64,000 bases of DNA from Clostridia bacterium (GCA_017621755.1 JAGASL010000011.1:15550-79549), one strand, 5' to 3'; numbered from the stretch's first letter, positions 8,766-18,501 are shown. Made by a program: numbers and translations. The notes: generated by a model not told the origin, from the letters alone.

Positions 8766-10976
8766 ATGGAAAAGCTTGGTGCATTGGTAGAGGAGATCAT
8801 CTACGAGGGGCAGCCCTCGTCGGTCTATTTTGGGCTGCCGCTTTATGAAAAGGTCGATCTGCAAGCCATGATCGAGGAAGCGTATGAGAGGGGCGAGCGT
8901 GAGCTTATCCTGCCGCGCGGTGCCTATCGCCTGAAGCCAAACGGCGCGCACATTCGCCTGTGTAATATGAAGGATTTCCGCCTGGACGGCAACGGCTCCG
9001 TTCTGCTATACGACGATATGCACTACACGGGTATGCATATCTCAAATTGCTATAACGTCACGGTAGAGAATTTCTCGACTGACTACGAGCCCTTTGGCTT
9101 TACGCAATGTAAGATCGTTGCCATTGACCCGAATGGTACCTATATCGATGCCTACGTGGCGGATGGGTATATGAACGATTTTAGCGGCGGGCCACATCAT
9201 TGCCCGGTTTTTCAAAGCAGCTTTTATAGCGGCACTACACGCCGCATCATGCATATGCGCCCGTTCTCCATCCGGCCGGATAACGTAGAGCAGCTTGGCA
9301 GCCGCCTGATCCGCGTACATTCGCCACTATCCAAGGATCACCGCACCCTGCTGTCAGTGGGGGATTACTTTACCGCCACGTTGCGTTTTGTCATGGCGCC
9401 GGCTCTCGCGCTGAACGGCTGCGGCGGCGTGCATATCCGCAATTTCACGGTTTGGTCCGGCGTGGTTGGTGTAGCCGAGTCGGGCAGTGAAGCCAAGAAT
9501 TATTATGACGGGTTCTGTGTTGTCCCCGGCCCCCGTCCACTTGGCGCGACCGAGGAACGCCTCGTTTCCACCGTAGCGGATGCTGCGCATATGCCCAACA
9601 ACCGCATTGGCCCTACCATGGAAAATGGTGTCTATCATAGCATGGGGGATGACGGTGTCAACTTTTACGGCCATTTCTGCCGTGTGGCAGAGGTCATTTC
9701 GCCCACCGAGCTGATCACCGCCGAGCGCGTGACGCTCGGCTACCGCGAGGATGACTCCCTGCGCTTTTATACGCAATCTACGCACCTGATCGGCTCGGCC
9801 AAGGTGCTCTCCTGTGAGCCGGTGGAGGAATATACGCCCAAGCTTGACCTTTCCAAGGCGCTGGGTGCGGTCAACTTCCGTGCGACCTGCTTCTTCCGTG
9901 TACAGCTGAAAACGCCGGTTACACTGACCGAAGGTGATTGGTTCTTCAACGAAAACCGCGTTGGCTCCGGCTTCGTTCTGCGCAATAATCGCTATTTTAA
10001 TCTCCGCCCGCGCGGTGCCCTCATCAAGGCCAGCGATGGCTTGATCGAAAACTGCGTTTTTGAGGAATTGGGGCTTCCCGGCGTGCAGATCCGGCCTGAG
10101 CTGCACTGGGCAGAGGCCGGCTGTTCGCATCGCGTTACCGTTCGCAATAATCTGTTCATTCGCTGCGGCAGCACCAGAACGGCGGCTCTGACGGTCGAGG
10201 GGCACGCCGCGCTCGATCAGCGTGACATCGTGATTGAGAATAACGAATTTATCGACTCCCCCGGTAGTGACCTGTGGCTTACCTCTGCCTTGGGCGTGAC
10301 CGTGCGTGGCAACCGGTTTTCACTTGGTAACGGCGGCACGGCAGGGCACCCCTGCGTGCGACTTGGCGTGGTAGAGAATATCACGTTTGAAAACAACCGA
10401 TTTGGTTGTCGCGGCAGGGTAGCGGTAGCGGCAGGGGAACGCGCCACGGGTGTGGTGGGGGCAGAGCCCAGGCTTCTTTCCGTCGCTTCCGAATCGCTGG
10501 CCACCGAGCAGCAAGGCGTTGGCGGCTGGCATTTTGGCTATTCGCCTATCGGCGCGCAGGACTATTTTGATTACCCCGAATACCGTCACGAGACCAAAAC
10601 GGCAGACGGCTGGCACGCGCCGGAGGGGGATGAGACCTGCGGCTGTATTCTCCGCCTGTGGGATGACGTGTATATGCGCCCGGGCGAGGAGTGCGATGCG
10701 GTCAAGACTTACGTTTGCCCCGAGGACGGCCGTATTCTTCTTGGCGCGACCGGCGACCTGATTCCCGGTGAGCCGAGCGACGATGGTGTGCATCTTTCTG
10801 TTTTGCATGAAAACACACTTGTTTGGGAAAAGGATATGAATGCAGGAAATCTGGCAGATTTCCCGCCGCTGGTGCTGGATGTGCACGCAGGCGACGCGAT
10901 TCACTTCCGCGTCAATAAACGCGGCAATGCCGAGGGCGACGGCACCGACTGGGATCCCAAAGTTCTGTATCTTTGA
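8766..10976 (+). CDS. right-handed parallel beta-helix repeat protein (pectin-lyase-fold, putative glycan hydrolase/lyase), about 736 aa
   Basis: AGAGAGG RBS precedes ATG 8766. The protein shows repeated beta-helix-like turns (NNRYFNLRPRGALIKASDGLIENCVFEELG..., VTVRNNLFIRCG, IVIENNEFIDSPG, VTVRGNRFSLGN, ITFENNRF). No signal peptide is present. Confidence 0.65.
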   Translation: MEKLGALVEEIIYEGQPSSVYFGLPLYEKVDLQAMIEEAYERGERELILPRGAYRLKPNGAHIRLCNMKDFRLDGNGSVLLYDDMHYTGMHISNCYNVTVENFSTDYEPFGFTQCKIVAIDPNGTYIDAYVADGYMNDFSGGPHHCPVFQSSFYSGTTRRIMHMRPFSIRPDNVEQLGSRLIRVHSPLSKDHRTLLSVGDYFTATLRFVMAPALALNGCGGVHIRNFTVWSGVVGVAESGSEAKNYYDGFCVVPGPRPLGATEERLVSTVADAAHMPNNRIGPTMENGVYHSMGDDGVNFYGHFCRVAEVISPTELITAERVTLGYREDDSLRFYTQSTHLIGSAKVLSCEPVEEYTPKLDLSKALGAVNFRATCFFRVQLKTPVTLTEGDWFFNENRVGSGFVLRNNRYFNLRPRGALIKASDGLIENCVFEELGLPGVQIRPELHWAEAGCSHRVTVRNNLFIRCGSTRTAALTVEGHAALDQRDIVIENNEFIDSPGSDLWLTSALGVTVRGNRFSLGNGGTAGHPCVRLGVVENITFENNRFGCRGRVAVAAGERATGVVGAEPRLLSVASESLATEQQGVGGWHFGYSPIGAQDYFDYPEYRHETKTADGWHAPEGDETCGCILRLWDDVYMRPGEECDAVKTYVCPEDGRILLGATGDLIPGEPSDDGVHLSVLHENTLVWEKDMNAGNLADFPPLVLDVHAGDAIHFRVNKRGNAEGDGTDWDPKVLYL

Positions 10977-10982
10977 TTAAGC

Positions 10983-11011
10983 AAAAAGCCGAGGCACAGC
11001 CTCGGCTTTTT
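10983..11011. terminator. bidirectional rho-independent terminator
   Basis: AAAAA-GCCGAGGC-ACA-GCCTCGGC-TTTTT between convergent genes. Confidence 0.75.
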
Positions 11012-11023
11012 GTATGTATGGTT

Positions 11024-12001
11024 TTAAAAATGGCAGATCCGATCTTGTCCGGCGCCGATACGCGTCATGTAGATGGTGCGGTTTTTACGGTCGATCTGCA
11101 CCACGTCAAAGGCCTGCTCGTTGGTTGTTCCGGGGGTGCGGATCGGGTAATTGTAGTCCCAGTTGGAGGCGATGAAGTCGCCCGCATCACAGGTGAGCGC
11201 AATGACGGGATAGCCGCCGTTGGCAATGATCATGCGGTCAAGATGATTGTGGCCGCAGAATACGCCTACCACAGATGGACTGTTCGGGGTGGTGGCAATT
11301 TCATCCAGGCAATCCAGCAAGTACTGGTTTCTGATGTCCATGATCAGCTCTTTACCATCCGGACAACCGCCAAGAACGATATGCTGTACAACAATAATGC
11401 CCCAATCAGCCGGTAGCTCTGCGGTTTTTTCCTTGACGTAGGCCAACTGTTCGTCGTAGGCCGGTGTATCGCCGGTTGCCCAATCATAGCCGTCATCCAT
11501 CGAGTCAAATATTTCAGAATAGCGGGCACCGGTGTCGAGCAAGAAATACCGCAGCTTGGCGGCCGGTACGTCCATGTGCCCGTAAAATTTACCGGGAACA
11601 CATTCATTTGCGGCAATGCCCATAACGCGCTCGCGATAAATGGCATCGTAGAAAAAGTTTTCGGGTGTAATAGGACCCCAGTCGGTATTTTGATCGTGGT
11701 TGCCGCGTACAAAATAGGGGCGCAAGGGCTTTAGCTCGGCAAGCAGGGCATCGTAGGCGGCCAGCGCCTTTTCTTTTTCCTTGTTGCCGTTGATCAGGTC
11801 GCCGCCGACGATTACACGGTCGATTCCTGTTTGCTCCATGATATATTGAGAAATTACCGGAGATAGATGTTGGCTACACTCAGAATGCATATCCGTCATG
11901 AAAACAAAGCCGTCGTCTGCACCCTCATCCACATGGTTTTTGATCTTTTTGATCTTTTCTTCCAGATGAGGGAACCAGTAGGTAGGAATTTGCTTCATCA
12001 T
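11024..12001 (-). CDS. metallophosphoesterase (calcineurin-like phosphoesterase family)
   Basis: Metallophosphoesterase-type motifs are present: FVFMTDMH, VIVGGDLINGN, VRGNHDQN, VVQHIVL, FCGHNHLD. A GGAGGA RBS precedes ATG 12001. Confidence 0.8.
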   Translation of the reverse strand: MMKQIPTYWFPHLEEKIKKIKNHVDEGADDGFVFMTDMHSECSQHLSPVISQYIMEQTGIDRVIVGGDLINGNKEKEKALAAYDALLAELKPLRPYFVRGNHDQNTDWGPITPENFFYDAIYRERVMGIAANECVPGKFYGHMDVPAAKLRYFLLDTGARYSEIFDSMDDGYDWATGDTPAYDEQLAYVKEKTAELPADWGIIVVQHIVLGGCPDGKELIMDIRNQYLLDCLDEIATTPNSPSVVGVFCGHNHLDRMIIANGGYPVIALTCDAGDFIASNWDYNYPIRTPGTTNEQAFDVVQIDRKNRTIYMTRIGAGQDRICHF

Positions 12002-12147
12002 TGTGTCCTCCAATTTTTTCGCTATTATAGCACATGTGGTAGCGAAAGTCAACAGGCTGTTTCAAAAAAGTAAAAGGCCTATTGCAATTTTTTTCCTGAT
12101 ATGGTATGATAACTGTAACCACAATTTTGAATGGGAGAAAAGATAAT

Positions 12148-12888
12148 ATGATCAACCCTATAAACAATCCGAATTTTCGTATGGTATCCCACCAGGGCTT
12201 TTCGGTAACCGACCAATGGCTTGGCAATTCGCGCGTTTCTTCCTACATCGGCTCTGCCGAGCAGGGCTTCAAATGGGCAGAAACTGATATTAAATTTACG
12301 GCAGATAACGTTCCCGTTTGCTGCCACGATATGGCGTATACCGATAGCCATGATGGCAAAACGCGCATTGTTATTGGAGAGCACACCTTGGCAGAGCTCA
12401 AGACCTATGGCTACTATGGCGAGGTGATTGCTACCTTTGACGAGGTGCTTTACACCTGCAAAACGAACGGCCTCGGCCTTTACATTGACCACCTGGACCC
12501 GTGGGATGACGAACGCTGGAATACGCTGTTTTCCCTTGTTCTGAAATATAAAATGGAGGATCACGTTGCCTGGCTGACCAACAGGGCGCCGGTGGTGGAG
12601 CGCGTGCTGGCATGGGATCCGACGGCAGAGATCTCTCTCGTCACGGCCGAGCAGGACCTTTCGTCGATCATTGCCATGGCAGAGAAGTACCAGACCGATC
12701 TGAATACGATCACCATTAATATGATCTACACCAAGCACCCCGTTGAAGAGGTGATCGAGCTGAATCAGCGCCTGCCGCGCGGTGTTCGGCTGGAGGTGTG
12801 GATCATTGACGAGCCGGATATTATGTATGAATATCTGCCCTACGTTTCCGGCTTTACGACCAATACGATTTCCCCGAAAGATCTGTGA
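12148..12888 (+). CDS. glycerophosphodiester phosphodiesterase (GDPD) family protein
   Basis: VSHQGFS...N(S)...GFKWAETDIKFTADNVPVCCHD resembles the GDPD catalytic N-terminus. A GGGAGAA RBS precedes ATG 12148. Confidence 0.7.
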   Translation: MINPINNPNFRMVSHQGFSVTDQWLGNSRVSSYIGSAEQGFKWAETDIKFTADNVPVCCHDMAYTDSHDGKTRIVIGEHTLAELKTYGYYGEVIATFDEVLYTCKTNGLGLYIDHLDPWDDERWNTLFSLVLKYKMEDHVAWLTNRAPVVERVLAWDPTAEISLVTAEQDLSSIIAMAEKYQTDLNTITINMIYTKHPVEEVIELNQRLPRGVRLEVWIIDEPDIMYEYLPYVSGFTTNTISPKDL

Positions 12889-12893
12889 TAAAG

Positions 12894-12925
12894 AAGAGCG
12901 CCGCTTGATAGCGGCGCTCTTTTGC
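12894..12925. terminator. bidirectional rho-independent terminator
   Basis: AAGAGCGCCGC-TTGATA-GCGGCGCTCTT followed by TTG; it lies between convergent genes. Confidence 0.7.
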
Positions 12926-12927
12926 GT

Positions 12928-14799
12928 TTATTTCTTCTTTACCTCAAAGAAGGCAAAGCCAAAGGCGGGGATGTCGGTTAAGGTAACGCTTTTGCCATGG
13001 ATGCGCCCCTCACAGTTGACACAAGAGAGCGAGGCGTATTCCTCGTCCAGCTGTACGGTAGGCGAGAGGGCGGGGTCAGCAAAGAAATTCCAAAGCCCAA
13101 CGGCCATGCTGCCATCCCCCTTTTTGCATTGCAGATACAGCGCAGGATTTCCATAGGTATAGGCAGGCAACGTGTTCCCACCAAGCCAGGGAATGATGTC
13201 GGCATATTGTGCGCTCCTTGCATAGTGCTTAAGCAGATTGTCCTGCTTGGCGCGGGTGTTGATGTTCAGCACCAGAAAGCGGTTGCCGCTCTTGTTTTCG
13301 TAACGGTAAGAGATAGGAACAATGCCCTCGGGTGTCTCCATGTCGCTCAAAACCTCTGCGCCATCCTTCAGCTTTACATCGTAAACGATCGTGCCGCAAG
13401 CCGAAATGTGATTGTTGTCCGTGATAAAATGCTCGCAATCGCCGGTGGTCGCCTTGCCGATGTGCTCAATGCCAACATCAATGCCGCGCTCCGAAAGGAT
13501 CTCTGCGGCGGCAATGTCGAGGATCAATCCCTTTTTCAGGGCATCCGGGGGCAGGTTTCTTGCGCTTTCATCAAACACGATGCCGCAAATGCCTTCTCCC
13601 TCATACACGGTGGGAATTGCATTGTGCGCCAATGTGCGGGCAGCCTTGGAGAAGATAAACTCCTCAATATTCACCTGATTGTTGACGGCGGTGGGCATTA
13701 TCATATCGGCAATCTTGTGCATCGGCTCGTACACACGCACACCACAGCTCTGCTTGCCTGTAAATAGCTTGTCAATGGCCGCATAGACCTCGCGGTTTCT
13801 CTCGTGAAAACGGGCGTAGCCTGTCTCATAATCCGTGTTGGAATGGTAATCGATGCCGTATTTCAAAATACCGTCTGTGCAGCCCGAGGCGCGAATGGCG
13901 GTGTCAAACCCTTCCAGATAGCTGGCGGGGCATTGGCTCCTTGGCCGCGGATAGGCATCGCCCTCCGCCATGATCTCGATCTCGCCATCCCTTGTCCACG
14001 CGCTTTCCATGCGCTCCATCTCTACCACATCCTGTAGCCGTCCCCAATCCCCGGTGCGGGCCCAGTAGGGAGCGCCGATCAAGCGGGTAAACGGCTTGGT
14101 GCTTCCCGCCAGAATGTGCGCGATTTCCGTGGCGCTTGTACCGTCTATATCCCAAGAGGACATGCAGGAGCAAGCACCAATGCGGATGGTGGGATTGACC
14201 TGATCGACCGCCGCACGAATGGCGGAAGCAAACCGGCGCAGGGCATCGCCGTTTGCCTGCAAATACGCATCTCTGTATTTGTTTTTCTCACCGGATAGGA
14301 TGTGTTTTTCCATTTCTGCGCGTGTGACCTCCTCGCCCGTGATCGTTCGGATGGCCGCCATGTGACCGTCACACAAGCAAGCAGGCGCGTCGGATAACCA
14401 GCCGTAGCGAAAATCGTCGTCGTATTGGATCAGATCAATGCCGCAACGGGCAATATCCTGCGCATAGGCGCAGGCAAAGCTGACAAAGCTCTCATCTGTC
14501 GGGCACATGAACTCGGAAATCTCCGTTCCCTTGATGGAGCGCATGCAGCGAAAGCTATCATTGCTTTTGAGCCAAAATGTCCAGATCCAAGCCCCGACCT
14601 CAAGACCGTTTTCCTTGAAAAAACGGCAGTTCTCGGCAAGCGTAGAAAGAGATTCACGGCGGCGTTCTTCGTCTGTCTCATAGCAATCCAGCGCCAAAAA
14701 TACACGCTCTGCGTCAAAACGACGCAGCTCGGCCAGCGTCTGCTCCTTTCCCACGCGTTTGACGGTTTTATTCATAACAGGAACAGAAATTTTGTACAT
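12928..14799 (-). CDS. uncharacterised cytoplasmic protein (623 aa), possibly a TIM-barrel enzyme
   Basis: Long ORF with coherent codon usage. AGGAGA lies upstream of ATG 14799. No signal peptide is present. The N-terminus MYKISVPVMN...AERVFLAL is reminiscent of sugar-active TIM-barrel proteins, but the family was not recognised with confidence. Confidence 0.55.
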   Translation of the reverse strand: MYKISVPVMNKTVKRVGKEQTLAELRRFDAERVFLALDCYETDEERRRESLSTLAENCRFFKENGLEVGAWIWTFWLKSNDSFRCMRSIKGTEISEFMCPTDESFVSFACAYAQDIARCGIDLIQYDDDFRYGWLSDAPACLCDGHMAAIRTITGEEVTRAEMEKHILSGEKNKYRDAYLQANGDALRRFASAIRAAVDQVNPTIRIGACSCMSSWDIDGTSATEIAHILAGSTKPFTRLIGAPYWARTGDWGRLQDVVEMERMESAWTRDGEIEIMAEGDAYPRPRSQCPASYLEGFDTAIRASGCTDGILKYGIDYHSNTDYETGYARFHERNREVYAAIDKLFTGKQSCGVRVYEPMHKIADMIMPTAVNNQVNIEEFIFSKAARTLAHNAIPTVYEGEGICGIVFDESARNLPPDALKKGLILDIAAAEILSERGIDVGIEHIGKATTGDCEHFITDNNHISACGTIVYDVKLKDGAEVLSDMETPEGIVPISYRYENKSGNRFLVLNINTRAKQDNLLKHYARSAQYADIIPWLGGNTLPAYTYGNPALYLQCKKGDGSMAVGLWNFFADPALSPTVQLDEEYASLSCVNCEGRIHGKSVTLTDIPAFGFAFFEVKKK

Positions 14800-14947
14800 A
14801 CAAATCTCCTTTGTGTGATTGGGATATGCCCCTAAAAAGAAAGCCGGTTGATTCGTATTATAACAGAAGAGGAGGCCTTTTGCAAGCGGCTATTTTGTTT
14901 TGTTACGATTTCTTGCGTAAAAATTTTGTTATATGTCGTTTAGCATC

Positions 14948-14976
14948 TTGCTTCTGCGGAAAAAATCTGCTATAAT
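14948..14976 (+). promoter_or_regulatory. sigma-70-type promoter of pyk
   Basis: TTGCTT (14948-14953), a 17-nt spacer, then TATAAT (14971-14976). Confidence 0.6.
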
Positions 14977-15032
14977 ATATACTGTAGGAATTTTTTCAAA
15001 AATGCGCAAAGATGACAAAATGGAGAAAAACA

Positions 15033-16439
15033 ATGCGAAGCACCAAAATCGTATGTACCCTTGGCCCCGCCTGCGCCACGCAGGAAAAAATGGAAGAAAT
15101 GTTACGTGCCGGCATGAATGTGGCACGCATGAACTTTTCGCACGGCGACCATGCCATGCATATAGAAAACCTGACCAATTTTCGCCGTGCGCGAGAGGCG
15201 CTTGGCGTTCCCGCAGCCGTGCTGCTAGATACGCGTGGCCCAGAAATACGCACCCTGCCAATGGAACAGGAGCTTCCCGTCTCGGCGGGCGAGGAGATCG
15301 TTTTGGCGCCCGAAACGGCGGAGCTGCTGCCCCATATGGTGGCCATCACTTATCCGCGCCTGGCCGCCTGTGTGCGTCCTGGTAACCGCGTGCTGATCGA
15401 TGATGGTAAAATTGCCCTGCGCGTAGAGCGCTGCGAGGGGGCTCTTGTGCATACCGTAGTAGAAAATGGCGGCACCATTCGCGGCTACAAGGGGATCAAC
15501 CTGCCCGGTGTGGCGGTCGATCTACCCTTTCTTTCGGAAAAGGACAAGGCAGACCTGCGCTTTGCCGCCGAGCATGATATTGATTATATTGCCGCCTCCT
15601 TTACCCGCACGGCGCAGGACCTGCGCCAGATGCGCGCGTATTTAGACGTGATCGGGGCAGAGGATATTCGCATCATCGCCAAGATCGAAAACCGGCAGGG
15701 AATTGCCAATTTTGATGAGATTCTTGAAGAGGCAGACGGCATTATGGTTGCCCGTGGCGATATGGGCGTAGAGGTGGATTACGAGCGCCTGCCGGGTATT
15801 CAAAAGAATATGATCACCCGTTGCCGCCTGGCCGGCAAGCCCACCATTACGGCCACCCAAATGCTGGATTCTATGATCGTAAACCCCCGCCCCACCAGGG
15901 CAGAGGTATCTGACGTGGCCAATGCCGTGTTTGACGGTACCTCGGCCGTTATGCTGTCGGCGGAGACGGCTGCCGGGAAATATCCCGTGGAATCGATAGA
16001 AGTCATGGCCAAGATCGTCACTCGTGCCGAACAGGATATGCCAGAGGGGCTGCTGGATACCGTGCGTGACCGCAGCGACGTCAGCGTGGCGCTTTGCGAT
16101 GCGGCTTGTACCACGGCACGTGACCTGGGGGCCGTGGCGCTGCTGGCTGTTACCCGCGGCGGTGTGACCGCGCGGGATATGTCAGCCTTCCGCCCGCGTA
16201 TTCCGATCTTAGCGCTGACGCCGGAGGAAAAGACCTACCAGCAGCTGGCGCTTTCGCACGGTGTGGTTCCGCTGCGCACCCAGCTGCAAAACGATTCGGA
16301 CGAGCTGTTTGCGCACGTGCTGCAGGTGGCGCTGGAAAGCGGCTACGTTAAGCATGGTGACCGTGTGGTCATTACCGCCGGTCTGCCGATCGGCGAGAGC
16401 GGCAGCACCAACGTTATCAAGGTACAAACGGTAGAATAA
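15033..16439 (+). CDS. pyk: pyruvate kinase
   Basis: MRSTKIVCTLGPAC, MNVARMNFSHGDH, LLDTRGPEIR, MVARGDMGVE and ATQMLDSM are canonical pyruvate kinase motifs. GGAGAAAAACA precedes the ATG. Confidence 0.95.
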   Translation: MRSTKIVCTLGPACATQEKMEEMLRAGMNVARMNFSHGDHAMHIENLTNFRRAREALGVPAAVLLDTRGPEIRTLPMEQELPVSAGEEIVLAPETAELLPHMVAITYPRLAACVRPGNRVLIDDGKIALRVERCEGALVHTVVENGGTIRGYKGINLPGVAVDLPFLSEKDKADLRFAAEHDIDYIAASFTRTAQDLRQMRAYLDVIGAEDIRIIAKIENRQGIANFDEILEEADGIMVARGDMGVEVDYERLPGIQKNMITRCRLAGKPTITATQMLDSMIVNPRPTRAEVSDVANAVFDGTSAVMLSAETAAGKYPVESIEVMAKIVTRAEQDMPEGLLDTVRDRSDVSVALCDAACTTARDLGAVALLAVTRGGVTARDMSAFRPRIPILALTPEEKTYQQLALSHGVVPLRTQLQNDSDELFAHVLQVALESGYVKHGDRVVITAGLPIGESGSTNVIKVQTVE

Positions 16440-16473
16440 GCACTTATTTTTTGGCAGATGCAGGAGAGGACAT

Positions 16474-17187
16474 ATGATTGAGGAACGCTTTTCGCGCACC
16501 GCAATGCTGATTGGTGAAGAGGCGCTTGGTGCGCTGCAGCACAGCCGGGTGTTGCTTTTTGGCCTGGGCGGCGTGGGCGGCTACGCGTGCGAGGCGTTGG
16601 CGCGTGCTGGTGTTGGCGAGCTGCACCTGGTAGATTTTGATACCGTCAGCATCAGTAATATTAACCGCCAGATCCTGGCGGATGAGACCACCGTTGGCCG
16701 CCCGAAGGCCGCCGTAGCGGCAGAGCGGGTTGCCCGCATTGCGCCGGCTACGCGGGTGCGGGTGGTCGACCGCTTTGCGGATGAGGCGAACGTGGAAGCG
16801 ATCATTCTGGCGGCAGATCCGCAGTATATCATTGATGCTATCGATACCGTAGACAGCAAACTGGCCATTCTGCGTGTGGCGCAGGCGCACGGCATACCGG
16901 TGATCTCCTGCATGGGCACCGGGAACAAGCTGTACCCGGAGAAGCTGCAGATCAGCGACATCAGCAAAACGCACACCTGCCCCTTGGCGCGCGCGGTGCG
17001 GGCCCGGCTTCGCCGTGAGGGGATTAACCATGCCGAGGTGCTGTGGTCAAGTGAGCCGCCGCGCAAGCCCTGCACGCCGGTAGAGGAGGGCGGCCGGGTC
17101 ATTCCGGCATCCATCTCCTTTGTGCCGGCCGCCGCCGGGCTAATGCTGGCCGGGCACGTGATCCGCAAGCTGGTCGGGCTGGAATAA
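16474..17187 (+). CDS. tcdA: tRNA threonylcarbamoyladenosine dehydratase (ThiF/E1-like, TcdA family)
   Basis: RFSRTAMLIGEEALGALQHSRVLLFGLGGVGGYACEALARAGVGELHLVDFDTVSISNINRQ shows the ThiF-fold GxGxxG and the TcdA-type N-terminus. Confidence 0.85.
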   Translation: MIEERFSRTAMLIGEEALGALQHSRVLLFGLGGVGGYACEALARAGVGELHLVDFDTVSISNINRQILADETTVGRPKAAVAAERVARIAPATRVRVVDRFADEANVEAIILAADPQYIIDAIDTVDSKLAILRVAQAHGIPVISCMGTGNKLYPEKLQISDISKTHTCPLARAVRARLRREGINHAEVLWSSEPPRKPCTPVEEGGRVIPASISFVPAAAGLMLAGHVIRKLVGLE

Positions 17188-17220
17188 TCGCAGAAAAAAC
17201 AAGGCAGAAGGAGGAACGCT

Positions 17221-17997
17221 ATGGAAAAAGCAAAGCTATGGGCCTATATGCTGCTGGCGCTTCTTTGCGTGGCGGTGCCGCTTGCTCTGCTTCTTGTTTT
17301 TTATCATACCCCCGCCATACCGCCGGACCTGGCCGGCTATGATTATTTTGCTATTACCACCCCAGAGGGGGAAGAGCATGTGTTTGCCAAGGATGAAGCA
17401 AGCTTTGCTGTGGCTGCCGCTGCCTTTGGGCAGGCCAGGCCTTCGGCGCTGCCCGATTCACTGGGGGAGAGCTTGTTTTTAACGGCGGATTGGATCCGTG
17501 GCGAGCGTTCGCTTACCTATCGTCTGTACTTATCACCCCTTGATCTGACAGGCTACGCGGTCGATGAGCGCGAGAATTCCTATCTCTTGCCGCGGGAGCG
17601 CGTGCTTTTTATGCTGCAGCAGGCGTTTTCTTCGGCGCTGCTGGTGGGGCAGGACCCCCCCATGCTGACGGTGGGGCAGAGGAGCATACCGTTTGCGCTC
17701 TGCCAATGGACGTATACGCATGAGGGCGGTGTGGTGCTTTCCTCAGGGGAATATCGCAATACCGAGGGCGGCACCTACCCGATCGATGCGGCAGACCTTA
17801 CGCCGCAATTTTCTAAAGCGCCAAGCAGCACGATTTACAACATTTATTTCGGGGCAGATGAGGTTTTAAGCAGTGAAGCGCTGCCTGATCTTGCCTCTCT
17901 TCCCGCAGGGGATTACCAGCTGGTGCTGGTGGCCGAATGGCAAGAGGAGGCGGTGCGCATCCGTGCCGGCTATTCCTTTTTACTTAGTCAGCGATAA
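17221..17997 (+). CDS. hypothetical membrane-anchored protein (one N-terminal TM segment)
   Basis: A GGAGGA RBS precedes the start. The protein has an N-terminal hydrophobic helix (LWAYMLLALLCVAVPLALLLVF). No family was recognised. Confidence 0.6.
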   Translation: MEKAKLWAYMLLALLCVAVPLALLLVFYHTPAIPPDLAGYDYFAITTPEGEEHVFAKDEASFAVAAAAFGQARPSALPDSLGESLFLTADWIRGERSLTYRLYLSPLDLTGYAVDERENSYLLPRERVLFMLQQAFSSALLVGQDPPMLTVGQRSIPFALCQWTYTHEGGVVLSSGEYRNTEGGTYPIDAADLTPQFSKAPSSTIYNIYFGADEVLSSEALPDLASLPAGDYQLVLVAEWQEEAVRIRAGYSFLLSQR

Positions 17998-17998
17998 G

Positions 17999-18031
17999 GA
18001 ACGGAGAGACGAGGCTCTCCGTTCTTTTTTT
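17999..18031 (+). terminator. rho-independent terminator
   Basis: GAACGGAGA / TCTCCGTTC stem followed by TTTTTTT. Confidence 0.7.
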
Positions 18032-18053
18032 GCGCTTTTCAACCGCTCACACC

Positions 18054-18082
18054 TTGACTTCATGCCCCCTCTGTGCTATAAT
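18054..18082 (+). promoter_or_regulatory. sigma-70-type promoter of the NusG-II/Gx/ApbE operon
   Basis: TTGACT (18054-18059), a 17-nt spacer, then TATAAT (18077-18082). Confidence 0.6.
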
Positions 18083-18120
18083 ATATTTTGTAGAATTTTG
18101 CAAAGAGACAGGAGGGCGTG

Positions 18121-18501
18121 ATGAAGAAGAACGGCATACATCCGGCTTTGTTTCGCCCGCTTGATCTGCTGCCCATGTTGACCGTTTTGCTGCTGGCCTT
18201 GGCGCTGCTGCTTCTTCCGTTTCTTTTAGGGGGAGGGAAAACGCTTGCCGTTGTTACCGCATCGGGTACGGTCACGTATCCGCTATCGGCTGATAGAAGC
18301 TTTACGCTATGTGAAAACGGCTATACGCTGACCGTGGTGATTGCGGATGGTGCTGCCCGTGTGGTAGAGACGAATTGCCCAGAGGCCATCTGCCGCCGCA
18401 CCGGGGCCATTTCCCGGGTGGGGGAAAGTATTCTTTGCAGCCGCGCCGGCGTGCTTTTGCGCGTAGAGGGGGAAGGGGGGTACGATGCCGTTGCCGGTTA
18501 A
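18121..18501 (+). CDS. NusG domain II-containing protein (DUF1312-like)
   Basis: One TM segment followed by TLAVVTASGTVTYPLS...YTLTVVIADGAARVVETNCPEAICRRTG. It is the typical partner of the Gx transporter and ApbE. Confidence 0.75.
   Translation: MKKNGIHPALFRPLDLLPMLTVLLLALALLLLPFLLGGGKTLAVVTASGTVTYPLSADRSFTLCENGYTLTVVIADGAARVVETNCPEAICRRTGAISRVGESILCSRAGVLLRVEGEGGYDAVAG

Noticed and set aside
8513-8800. 95-aa minus-strand ORF across the pyk-remnant and terminator region.
   Set aside because: It runs antisense through a terminator hairpin and the promoter/RBS of the beta-helix gene, and it has no RBS or family resemblance.
9354-10205. Long antisense or overlapping ORFs inside well-supported genes. 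Examples are 9354-10205(-), 16444-17031(-), 21894-22634(-), 24584-25336(-), 43772-44440(-), 18636-19058(-) and 56251-57000(+).
   Set aside because: They lie opposite or out of frame within genes that have strong family motifs. They are Arg/Ala/Gly/Pro-rich as expected for shadow frames in GC-rich DNA. They lack RBSs, so they are treated as non-coding.
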